Shown here: positions 45,205 through 54,146 of the stretch, piece after piece | How positions within the stretch are numbered: the first letter of the stretch is position 1 | Layout: each line of letters starts with the position of its first letter | IMG/VR virus record: IMGVR_UViG_3300029922_000004 | Reading direction: 5' to 3' (one strand) | From: a virus | Length of the DNA stretch: 64,000 nt | Translations under genes and position numbers: made by a program | The notes under the pieces: generated by a model | Seen by the model: the letters and a program-made list of their open reading frames with translations, nothing else | Database searches by the model: none | Told to the model about the DNA's origin: nothing

Positions 45205-48200
45205 ATGTCAATCCAAATTTTAAAGGGTATTTCTATCATACCTCAGGGCAGCAACAATCGTTTTGTTTCTCAAGCATGGGTTCCAAATTATGGGTTCGGG
45301 GGCTGGACCTATAACGTTTCTGCTGATTTGAGCTACTCAGAAAAGCCCAGCGAAGTAAAAATAAGTTTCGTCCTTGAAACTTCTACCTTCTCTCAATCGG
45401 CGTCTACTTTTGATATTACTCAGGCTGATTTAAATTGTAGCGCAGGTGCGGGCGGTCTTGCGAATGAATCTTGGTATGATTTACAGCTTGACGGCATCAC
45501 CCTCTATAACATGCTCCTATACTCCTACCAGACTAGAATAGAGGCTGGGCAGAAAGTTCTGGATGTAGTCTTTAAGGATTATTCGATTATCTTGGATAAA
45601 ATTTACGTAGGGCTATTTAAGAAGCAGGGATACTTATATCCCCATTTAGTAAACTCTATTTTGGAACTACCTATACGCTGCGCCTCGTGCGAGTATACGG
45701 GTGACGCGATTACTGGAACCGGTTTTGCAACAAGAGATATAGGATTCGGATGTTATATAGGTTCAAACGGTAATACTTATGACTTATTTGAAAACTCATA
45801 CTATACACAGGAGAGTGTATTCCAAGAGTGGCAAGACAACGTCATTAATAATTCTGGTCAGATTAGTCAGCTAGATTTAAATGGAGGTTATATTATTCTA
45901 GGAACCGAAGCTGCAACGGAGGAACGCTGCAACTCAGCGCCCAACATAACCTATTCATTTACTGAACTAATTTGTGCTTTAAGAAAAGGCGGATTAAACT
46001 TCTCCGGCTCTTTTCCGTATGGAACCGGCGACTCTGATTATGTCTATCGCAACAATCATAATGGAAGTTTGCGTGAGGTATTGCAGAATTGGGCGAGCGA
46101 CCTAGGCTATACTTTCTATTGTAGCGGTCGGACCTTTATGGGAATTAACCTCCAAAATCCAATCGACATTTCCGCAATAGCTCAAATCGGCGACCCGAAT
46201 AGTTCAGTTGGGCAATATTTTGAAATTAATGCGGCGTCCGGTAACTCCGCGATTTTGAACTTAAACTTAAGCGCATCTCTTGATAATACTTTCATGCAGT
46301 CTGTAGTCGTCGATAACAGTTACCCCATTACCCAAAAGGATATTTCTAAGAGCGTTAAAAAATATGTCGGTATAACGCCTCTTCATCCTATCGCTCTAAA
46401 CCAAATCTCAAGCGGTATTATCAATGACACAAATCTATATGGTACTAGCTTCTCCCGCAGAGCGTTTGAAACTCCTTGGTTTGACGCCGGACAGTTTAAC
46501 CAAAGTTACTTTGCAACTTTTGGTAGACTGGACGGAAGAAGTTATTCCGACGTTGACGCGGCTATTGCTCTATCAAATTATAACGACGCTTTGAGAGATA
46601 TATTCGTTGCTCAAAGAGCATTAAACAATGTTGGGTCTTTCGGCGGGGTATTGTCTAATACCGTACAAAATAACGCTGTTGTGGGTTCTGGATGCTTGAC
46701 TAATCCTTATTGCCTTTCCAATTTTGCGGCGCTAGGTATGTTCCCCTTAATGGAGATTACTGGCAGTGCTACGAAAGCTGGAATCATACGTGATAATTTC
46801 ACCAATGCCGATAAGAACAATATTTCTAATTTAAACATAGACCAGCAATTTTTTAGAGTCTTTATTGGTTATTATTGTGATGATTTAAAAGGTTCTATTG
46901 TAGAGTGGGAAAAAGCGGCGGCTAATGCAATGTATAAGTATGGTGTTGTTACCAAGGGGATTTTGACAGAGGAGCCATTTGTCCCGCCGAATTTACTGAC
47001 CGATATTTGCCCGACGGCGGGTTTTTTTGGATTAGATGGCCTAATCTATACGCGAGTCACGAATACTTTCACCCCCAACACTGAAAGATACGCGGCTGTT
47101 CAGTATACCCCATTTGCGGACGCCCTGCTTTACTCCGGCTACGTTTCAAGCAACGCCCAAGGTTCATATTACAACAATAACAACCAATACAATCCATTTA
47201 TCCCGCCGGGTTATTCTGATTATCCGGGGAGATTGCCTACTGGTTTATGGGTGTCAACTCTTGACAATTCTTGGGGGACCTTACCAATTGACTTCGCGCG
47301 GTCATTATCATTTAATCTAGATGACCCATGTGCCGACCAGTATTCTTTGAGCGAGGGAGTTCAAAACTTGTTGTCTAATAGCGAACAAACTTTGCAAGAT
47401 TGGAAAATTGAATATTTTAAACCAATAGTAAATTCAGACCTATCTACCATCTCAAATTATATACAAAGCAATACTGAAAACTTTAGCGGTACCTTGGATG
47501 AAACCATTAGCACTTATATTAACCTTAATTACATCAAAAAGAAAGACTGTAAAAAACTTTCTCTTTTTATAATTCCCGATACTACTGGCCATCCTAACGT
47601 TCAGATTAATTTTACTCCAATGCCGGTCAATAAAATTAATAAAGTAGTTTTGGGAGCGTTCAAGCAAAAGTTATATGAGGCTGATTTAAGGAAGAACACG
47701 ACGGAGACTCCTAGCATATGTTCAATCTCGCTATTAGACGAGATGTGTCGTAATATTCTCTCGGGCGCTAATGGTTTTGATGCTCAATTTAATCCGCCGC
47801 TTACTAATCAACAAGTGGGCTGCGTAATCATGGAAGATAAAAATAATTACATGTTGGAAGGTTTTGAAAGCGGGATATTATTTGCCCCTAACGCAAGAAG
47901 CCTTGATATCTCTATCACCAAAAATCCTAACAACACTCCTTATCCGACTCTGGATAACAATGGTGACTATTATTACAGTGATTTAAACATCGGTAGTTTA
48001 ATTCTTAATACATCACAAGTCAATACCTCAATCGTTTACCCAATTCAATCTTTTCCTAATAGTTACTCCAATTATTCGGGGATTCTACAATCTGATATAA
48101 CGACTGAATATAGATTGCCCGCGTTCGCACAAGTATTTGGAACGCCGGTAAATATCATCAACAATAACACTTCCTCATTTAAGCTTGTAATGAACACGGT

Positions 48201-48573
48201 GGATAGTACACTTGACCCGCAATTAGACCCCCTCACGACCGAAGTAAAGTCTTATATCACAGTGTTGGATGGAAGCGGCAATAGCATCATTAAAACGCCG
48301 CAGGAATATTACAATTACGTCCAGAATTTAAATAATTATAATTTAACCACACCAACTAAAGAGGTTTCTCTTACCTTGGCTGGGCCTCCAAGTCAATTCG
48401 GCGGGTTTACTCAATACCTTACTCCGGGGTCTGGATTGCAGCAGTTTAAGTTGAGTATCACTGACAATGGGGTAAAGACCGATTTGGTGTTTGCAGACCG
48501 CCCAAAAGTTCTTCCGAAACAAGAAGCTCTACTAAATAAAATTGGCCCACGAATCAAGGGAAACTACAACTAA
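45205..48573 (+). CDS. Baseplate hub / central tail-tip protein
   Basis: 1122 aa; YNVSADLSYSEKPSEVKISFV and GSLREVLQNWASDLGYTFY resemble hub (gp27/gp44-like) domains. Confidence 0.55.
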   Translation: MSIQILKGISIIPQGSNNRFVSQAWVPNYGFGGWTYNVSADLSYSEKPSEVKISFVLETSTFSQSASTFDITQADLNCSAGAGGLANESWYDLQLDGITLYNMLLYSYQTRIEAGQKVLDVVFKDYSIILDKIYVGLFKKQGYLYPHLVNSILELPIRCASCEYTGDAITGTGFATRDIGFGCYIGSNGNTYDLFENSYYTQESVFQEWQDNVINNSGQISQLDLNGGYIILGTEAATEERCNSAPNITYSFTELICALRKGGLNFSGSFPYGTGDSDYVYRNNHNGSLREVLQNWASDLGYTFYCSGRTFMGINLQNPIDISAIAQIGDPNSSVGQYFEINAASGNSAILNLNLSASLDNTFMQSVVVDNSYPITQKDISKSVKKYVGITPLHPIALNQISSGIINDTNLYGTSFSRRAFETPWFDAGQFNQSYFATFGRLDGRSYSDVDAAIALSNYNDALRDIFVAQRALNNVGSFGGVLSNTVQNNAVVGSGCLTNPYCLSNFAALGMFPLMEITGSATKAGIIRDNFTNADKNNISNLNIDQQFFRVFIGYYCDDLKGSIVEWEKAAANAMYKYGVVTKGILTEEPFVPPNLLTDICPTAGFFGLDGLIYTRVTNTFTPNTERYAAVQYTPFADALLYSGYVSSNAQGSYYNNNNQYNPFIPPGYSDYPGRLPTGLWVSTLDNSWGTLPIDFARSLSFNLDDPCADQYSLSEGVQNLLSNSEQTLQDWKIEYFKPIVNSDLSTISNYIQSNTENFSGTLDETISTYINLNYIKKKDCKKLSLFIIPDTTGHPNVQINFTPMPVNKINKVVLGAFKQKLYEADLRKNTTETPSICSISLLDEMCRNILSGANGFDAQFNPPLTNQQVGCVIMEDKNNYMLEGFESGILFAPNARSLDISITKNPNNTPYPTLDNNGDYYYSDLNIGSLILNTSQVNTSIVYPIQSFPNSYSNYSGILQSDITTEYRLPAFAQVFGTPVNIINNNTSSFKLVMNTVDSTLDPQLDPLTTEVKSYITVLDGSGNSIIKTPQEYYNYVQNLNNYNLTTPTKEVSLTLAGPPSQFGGFTQYLTPGSGLQQFKLSITDNGVKTDLVFADRPKVLPKQEALLNKIGPRIKGNYN

Positions 48574-48579
48574 GGGCTA

Positions 48580-48586
48580 GTGTAAT
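48580..48586 (+). promoter_or_regulatory. Putative late promoter motif GTGTAAT
   Basis: 7 nt before ATG 48594. Confidence 0.7.
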
Positions 48587-48593
48587 TAAAGTT

Positions 48594-50495
48594 ATGGTAT
48601 TTACCGGCACAAGTAGTTTAAATTTGCCACAGGTTAGTCAATTTAGTTTTTTGATTACCGGCATAAGGATTTCTGATACTGGTCTAATGAACATAAGTTT
48701 TTTGGACACTGGCAGCGGACAATTTTCTTTCGCTTTCTCCGGCGGGTATGTCATCAACAATAAAATCATCTCCACTTACAACACCATCCAAGAAACCAAC
48801 ATCGCGGGATATGTTTCCGGCGGTCAGTTAAGTTATCAGATTAATGGTATAACAAATCAAAATTCCATTGCTTTTTCTACATTGGATACTTTTGAGATTC
48901 AGGCTAATAATTCAACAATGACTTGTGACGCAATATTCTCAGCTAACAACATCAACTACTCCCTAAGTTTTCTCCCTAATTATAACTGTTACGGAATTCT
49001 GACGGGGACACTTACGACTGATACCGCGTTTTATTTAGACAATTACTCTTTTGTATTCGGTAATACTAATCAGCAGATTCTCACAGGAAATTATTCTGGA
49101 GCGTTGATGAACAGCGGCGTTAATACTTTACAATTCCAAGACATAGACTACGTTTTGATGGAGTATACTAATCCTTTTACCTTATCTCTAACTACAACCT
49201 TCGGAGAAATCAATGAAAGTTTCGTTACGCAAAGAACTGGAGTCACCAACCAAAACATACTTTTTATAGCAGATTATGAGACCAACGACTATGCTCAATA
49301 CTCGTTGTTTAATGGATATTGGAGTGGAAATTCATTTACCTATGTTGATAATTATTTAGATTATAATTTGGGGTATAATTTTGGAAACACAGATTATGTT
49401 GGCGATGATTTGTCTGGTGTTTTAACCGTGGCTTTTCAACCAATATCGCCGCTTAATAATTCTGGATATACCGCGAGTTATATTACTGGATTTAACCTAG
49501 TCAGCGGCGGGACTTATAGCGGAGTGCCAAGCATTGCGTTTTCACAATATTACTACGTCACTGGCATTCAAAATGCGATACAAAGTTTCCTGTTTAGCAC
49601 GGGCTGCGTTAATTCGATATCCGTAACCTTTAGCGGTGGCTGCCCCACTTCGGGAGCAAGCGGAAGTCTTATTTTGAAACCAGTTACTTTAAGTGGTATT
49701 TATAACACGGGATTGGCTAAATTCAATATCGTCAGCGGATATTCTGAAATTAGCAATGGGTATGCTTATCAAGCAATTCCGTCGTTTGTTCTGGCAACGG
49801 GGGGCGGTTGCTATAGCGTTCCAGACGCTTCCGGTTCTACGGCCCAGTTTAAGCCCGCAATCGGTCTGGGTGCGGTTTATAGTTTAGCGGCGGGATTGAC
49901 GGGTATTGCATTAACAAGCTCTAAAACGGGCATCAGCGGCGTAATTACGGGGTATTCTGTGACTGGACTAGAGGTGACAAACATCGGATTCGGTTACAAT
50001 ACGACTTTCCCGCCGAATATCCAGTTTATTAGACAAAACGGGGACTCCAACCATAGCAATGCGAGTGGTAATTTCACCTATAAAACCACGGGAAACTACA
50101 ACTTTACAGGCTTTTGGGGCGTTCAATATAACCTAAATTCAGTGGGATATCAGAATCTTAGCGGCTATAATGGCTACTATTCCGGTCAAATCCCATTTTT
50201 TGGTGAGAATAGCGTGACTTTATCGTTATCGTGTTCTGGCTTGGATAATACTTCGGCGGTGTCTGGGATGCTAACTTTATCGTTATCGGGGAATGGAGAT
50301 ATAATGACCGAGCAAAAATACGTTTTTCAATCAAGAACATTCAACTTAAATACTGGTGCTTTAGCCCCCAATTCATATCCGGTGAATAATTTTTATCCAT
50401 TGCCGGATTTATCAAATTTATTTGATGAAAGTCAAAACGATTTGGAATATCAGGCCAATTTCGGCGGCGGGGATAATAACATAATCAATTTCTAA
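48594..50495 (+). CDS. Virion tail-associated protein
   Basis: 633 aa, SG/TG-rich; contains GGTYSGVPSIAF, GYAYQAIPSFVL and GFGYNTTFPPNI repeats like those of phage baseplate wedge/adhesin proteins. Confidence 0.55.
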   Translation: MVFTGTSSLNLPQVSQFSFLITGIRISDTGLMNISFLDTGSGQFSFAFSGGYVINNKIISTYNTIQETNIAGYVSGGQLSYQINGITNQNSIAFSTLDTFEIQANNSTMTCDAIFSANNINYSLSFLPNYNCYGILTGTLTTDTAFYLDNYSFVFGNTNQQILTGNYSGALMNSGVNTLQFQDIDYVLMEYTNPFTLSLTTTFGEINESFVTQRTGVTNQNILFIADYETNDYAQYSLFNGYWSGNSFTYVDNYLDYNLGYNFGNTDYVGDDLSGVLTVAFQPISPLNNSGYTASYITGFNLVSGGTYSGVPSIAFSQYYYVTGIQNAIQSFLFSTGCVNSISVTFSGGCPTSGASGSLILKPVTLSGIYNTGLAKFNIVSGYSEISNGYAYQAIPSFVLATGGGCYSVPDASGSTAQFKPAIGLGAVYSLAAGLTGIALTSSKTGISGVITGYSVTGLEVTNIGFGYNTTFPPNIQFIRQNGDSNHSNASGNFTYKTTGNYNFTGFWGVQYNLNSVGYQNLSGYNGYYSGQIPFFGENSVTLSLSCSGLDNTSAVSGMLTLSLSGNGDIMTEQKYVFQSRTFNLNTGALAPNSYPVNNFYPLPDLSNLFDESQNDLEYQANFGGGDNNIINF

Positions 50496-50496
50496 A

Positions 50497-51504
50497 ATGC
50501 CATCTAACAATCCAACTATGGGGTATATTAGTGCTACTAATACGAACACCAAAAACGAGGGTGAAGTATTTGATGCGACAGTCATTGCCAACTACGGAGA
50601 CCCCGGACTTGACGAAGATTATCAGTTTGACTTACTCAGCCGTTATGTAATTTGTATGATTGAGTCGTCTAATCGCGTAGTAACAACAAATCAATTTCAA
50701 AACATGATTGTCGCGGTGAAGAGACCCTATTCGTTGTGGGTAGATTATCAAGGGGGAATGGCGGCTTCTCCAAACGCCCAGCAGCGCATCGATAAACAGT
50801 TAAATTCAAATCTGGGGCCAGCCTCCAATTATACCACTAACAATATCCCGCGCATTAATTACCCTTATAATTTAGGCGACAAAATTAAAATTAAGTTAAT
50901 TAAAAATCAACAATACCATTATATCCTCAATGGGGATACCTTCTTTCAATCGGTGGCGGTATATAACACGCCCGGACAGACTCCTAACTACTGGGGAAGT
51001 CCTAGTGTCGCAGCTACAGAATATTATCAGAGTTGGCACACGCAGGGATTGAACAGCAACGTCTATATTACTAATGGAAACGCGGTTCCGAATTTTCAAT
51101 ATAATCTACAGCAAAAAACCATTACGCCGCTAGGAAAGGGTCCACAGAATAATTTTAATTTACCTAATGGATTCTATTATCCTTGCTTGAATAAGATGCA
51201 GTATGAGGCGTTTGTTTTACAATTATATCCCGCGCAAGCACCGGCCTTAGTATCGCTATTTCAAAATCAATCCAACGCGGGCTACTATTACAATTCAAAT
51301 GGGGGATATGTTTACAAAAATTTATTTACACAGAATATTTTTACGGTGAAGTATGAAGATATTAACGGAGGATTAAAAGCGCGAGTAGGAAATAATCAAT
51401 GTATACCGCTTGTGGTGACAAGCCCAAATTCTTTTGTAGTACCCGCTTCAAGGTCAACCGGGACTGTAAATTATAATCCGAGCGTGATTACGAAGGCGAA
51501 TTAA
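50497..51504 (+). CDS. Hypothetical virion protein
   Basis: 335 aa, N/Y/Q-rich, coupled to the upstream late gene; overlaps the convergent YopX gene by 17 nt. Confidence 0.5.
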   Translation: MPSNNPTMGYISATNTNTKNEGEVFDATVIANYGDPGLDEDYQFDLLSRYVICMIESSNRVVTTNQFQNMIVAVKRPYSLWVDYQGGMAASPNAQQRIDKQLNSNLGPASNYTTNNIPRINYPYNLGDKIKIKLIKNQQYHYILNGDTFFQSVAVYNTPGQTPNYWGSPSVAATEYYQSWHTQGLNSNVYITNGNAVPNFQYNLQQKTITPLGKGPQNNFNLPNGFYYPCLNKMQYEAFVLQLYPAQAPALVSLFQNQSNAGYYYNSNGGYVYKNLFTQNIFTVKYEDINGGLKARVGNNQCIPLVVTSPNSFVVPASRSTGTVNYNPSVITKAN

Positions 51505-51910
51505 GTAGTTCAGGATTTTCGAAGATGTTGCCGACGATTTCTCCCTCGACTCTATTTTCCGATAAGTCGCAAGATATAAAATCATAAAGTGGGTCTGGAC
51601 TTTTACCGTCTAACCAAAAGCAACCATCTCGGTAAGTAATTTCGCTCAATTCCCATTCTGGATTTTCAGGATTATCATCAATACAAATTTTTACAATATC
51701 TCCTTCATATAAGTCTTTCCCATTACCGTCTTTGAGACCGGTGAATTGTTGGAGAATATATAGGTTCTTATCTACTAACTGAAGGTCGGTATTCCAATCT
51801 CTGGTTTCTACAAAATACAACTCTCCATCAAAATTAATAATCCATTCTTCTTTTGATAGAAAGCAATTTAATTCTTTGTGCCAAACACGAAATTTAATTT
51901 CTCTATTCAT
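51488..51910 (-). CDS. yopX: YopX family protein
   Basis: MNREIKFRVW...QFTGLKDGNGKDLYEGDIV...EIVGNIFENPELL; ATG 51910 (TAATG coupling) preferred over 51946. Confidence 0.85.
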   Translation of the reverse strand: MNREIKFRVWHKELNCFLSKEEWIINFDGELYFVETRDWNTDLQLVDKNLYILQQFTGLKDGNGKDLYEGDIVKICIDDNPENPEWELSEITYRDGCFWLDGKSPDPLYDFISCDLSENRVEGEIVGNIFENPELLNSPS

Positions 51911-52092
51911 TATTCTCCTCTGTAATCGAATTCTAAGCCTTCCCAATAATTGTTGGATGAGCGATGTCTATAGGGTTGGATTTCTCCGTCAAAAATTTTC
52001 ATATTGATATATGTAGTCGTCTTTTCCTTTTGCAAGTCGAGGCTTTTTAAGACAATATCTATCACCTCTTCTTTTGTTAGTTTGATTTTCAT
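51910..52092 (-). CDS. Small hypothetical protein
   Basis: 60 aa, coupled to both neighbours in the minus-strand operon. Confidence 0.55.
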   Translation of the reverse strand: MKIKLTKEEVIDIVLKSLDLQKEKTTTYINMKIFDGEIQPYRHRSSNNYWEGLEFDYRGE

Positions 52093-52093
52093 A

Positions 52094-52927
52094 TTATTTG
52101 GCGATTTTCTTTTTACATCTCTCCGTCATTTCAAGACATTTGAACTTAGGAATATCTGTTATAACTTTGATATCTTCTGCGCCATCAAACTTTTCCTTAA
52201 TTAACGAGTTCTTAATCGTTTCAAGAGTAACGCCCGCTTCGGTCATGGCATTTTGAAGAAGTTCATAAGTCTTTTCTAGAGGCTTCGATTCTTGATGACC
52301 AGTCGGCGCAAGTTCTTCCTGTGAAACGATATTAATTCTCAAAAAGTTTCTCACCGCGCGGACGAAGGCGCGATTTTCCGCGATTGGTCCGAGGTAGTTC
52401 TTACCAAAGCTGTTGGTATTAAAAGGGCTTGCGTCACCGATTGCACTAAAAGATACTTCCCGCCCTTCTGTTTCAAAATTGGGAATCCAGCGAATCTTAC
52501 AAGCCGCGACAATATATTCGTTAGAGGGTGAAGTAACACTGTATTCGACATCGTAAAACCCCCTGATATGGGCTAAAAATTTAATTCCTGAAAGCAACAA
52601 AAGAAGGTCTTTATCTTCAAGTCCGTCAACCGTCGGCGGGATTGGTTGTTTACGCTTTTCAAAATTAGCCTTGTTGACTGCCAAGTGTTTAGAATCAAGC
52701 ATTTTTCTCCAGTCTACCTGACCTTCTGAGTTGTATACATATTTAACTCCGCTTTCCAATAACCCATGTTCGTTTCGTTTTACGGTTTTTGGAGGGATAC
52801 AACTGGGAACATCTGTAGAAGATGGTTCAGCGGGGTCTGGAACTATTGCGGGGACAGTGGGGAAAAGTCCATCAGGGATTTCTCGCGAAATATGGGAATT
52901 TGGTCCATCTGTGATTGGCTCATTCAT
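52094..52927 (-). CDS. Putative Rad52/Sak-like single-strand annealing protein
   Basis: LLLLSGIKFLAHIRG...VAACKIRW...FSAIGDAS...IAENRAFVRAVRNFLRI follows the beta-beta-beta-alpha annealase layout. Confidence 0.5.
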   Translation of the reverse strand: MNEPITDGPNSHISREIPDGLFPTVPAIVPDPAEPSSTDVPSCIPPKTVKRNEHGLLESGVKYVYNSEGQVDWRKMLDSKHLAVNKANFEKRKQPIPPTVDGLEDKDLLLLLSGIKFLAHIRGFYDVEYSVTSPSNEYIVAACKIRWIPNFETEGREVSFSAIGDASPFNTNSFGKNYLGPIAENRAFVRAVRNFLRINIVSQEELAPTGHQESKPLEKTYELLQNAMTEAGVTLETIKNSLIKEKFDGAEDIKVITDIPKFKCLEMTERCKKKIAK

Positions 52928-52936
52928 ATAAAAAAG

Positions 52937-52965
52937 AATATAACCGAGATTTCACTTTTTGTCAA
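52937..52965 (-). promoter_or_regulatory. Sigma70-type promoter
   Basis: TTGACA-17 nt-TATATT, 9 nt before ATG 52927; the -35 box contains the TGA stop of the upstream gene. Confidence 0.75.
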
Positions 52966-54146
52966 GACTTTTTCAGCTTGATAATTGTTAAGAATTCAAG
53001 ATTTTCCCAGAAAGCGGGGGAATCTATGACTTTTTGATACTCAAAGTGGTTATTCATCGGAATCCCGCGTTCTTTGGCGGCGAAACTGTAGAAAAATTTA
53101 TCCTCGGATGCCGTGATTTTAGCAGAGCGATAATACAAGTCGCCGATGTCATTTTGCAGTTTAACGATAACGTCGGGCGGGGCTAGTTCAACTTTGTTAA
53201 TGTTTCCGTATTCGTAGTAGTGGATTTTCAACTTCTGAATCTCCTCGGCGGGAAGTTTCGAAATCATTACAAATTTAATCCCCGCTTCTCGTATGGACTG
53301 AATGTATTCGACGCGCTTATCGTCCGAAATCATAATGATGACCATTTGAATATGCGGTTTGAACTGCTTGAGAAGATTGACGTTAATCGGCTGGTCGATA
53401 ATTATAAAACTCTTTTTATAATTCGAGAGTTGATGAATAAAGCATTGTTCGTCGTAACCCAAATCGGTTCTAATTTCGACCATGAATTCGGGGTTAAATA
53501 AGATACGCTTATGGTTAGGAATGGATTCTTGAATGGACGCGCCGGAATATTTGCGGCCCATATACACCGTTTCAAAGGGACATACGAAGTTTAGATTTAA
53601 CAATTTACACACCGCGTTGGCGATTTCTTCAGGGTGAATTAGGTTGATGGTTTTAGGATTCTCGTCGTTGTTAAAAGAGGGTTTTAGACCAGTCTTTTCG
53701 TAGGATTTAAGAAGAATTTGCTTGGATTTATCACCAAAGTAAGGGCCGGTTGTCTCCGCGTATTGCGGCGCGAATAATGCAACTAAGGGGATATCAAAAA
53801 CAGAGGCCACATGAATGGGAAACCCGTCTACGCCAAAATGTAGGAGCGATTTTGAGATTAGATACGCTAATTGATTCGGAGTCGCTTGACCAAGGAGATT
53901 TATGCAGCCGATATGCGGGCGGTCTTTAGCGTCACCAATTTGAACGAGGCGGATGTCGTTTTTTTGGAGAATTGGACTAAGAATATTAATACAATCTTGA
54001 ACGAAGTCATACGAACGCCCCGACCCAAGCCCCTCGGAATGAAAAGTTATATACCGCTCAAATGGAATTGGAAAATAGGTTGTATAGATGAAGGGCTTGC
54101 TTATCTTGCTTCCAGTTGACAATGCAAATTGTTCGGTTTTATTCAT
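52962..54146 (-). CDS. Glycosyltransferase, GT9-like C-terminal Rossmann domain plus unknown C-terminal domain
   Basis: YITFHSEG...RSYDF...LVQIGD...NLLGQATPNQLAYLISKSLLHFGVDGFPIHVASVFDIPLVALF matches the heptosyltransferase-type nucleotide-sugar domain. Confidence 0.75.
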   Translation of the reverse strand: MNKTEQFALSTGSKISKPFIYTTYFPIPFERYITFHSEGLGSGRSYDFVQDCINILSPILQKNDIRLVQIGDAKDRPHIGCINLLGQATPNQLAYLISKSLLHFGVDGFPIHVASVFDIPLVALFAPQYAETTGPYFGDKSKQILLKSYEKTGLKPSFNNDENPKTINLIHPEEIANAVCKLLNLNFVCPFETVYMGRKYSGASIQESIPNHKRILFNPEFMVEIRTDLGYDEQCFIHQLSNYKKSFIIIDQPINVNLLKQFKPHIQMVIIMISDDKRVEYIQSIREAGIKFVMISKLPAEEIQKLKIHYYEYGNINKVELAPPDVIVKLQNDIGDLYYRSAKITASEDKFFYSFAAKERGIPMNNHFEYQKVIDSPAFWENLEFLTIIKLKKS

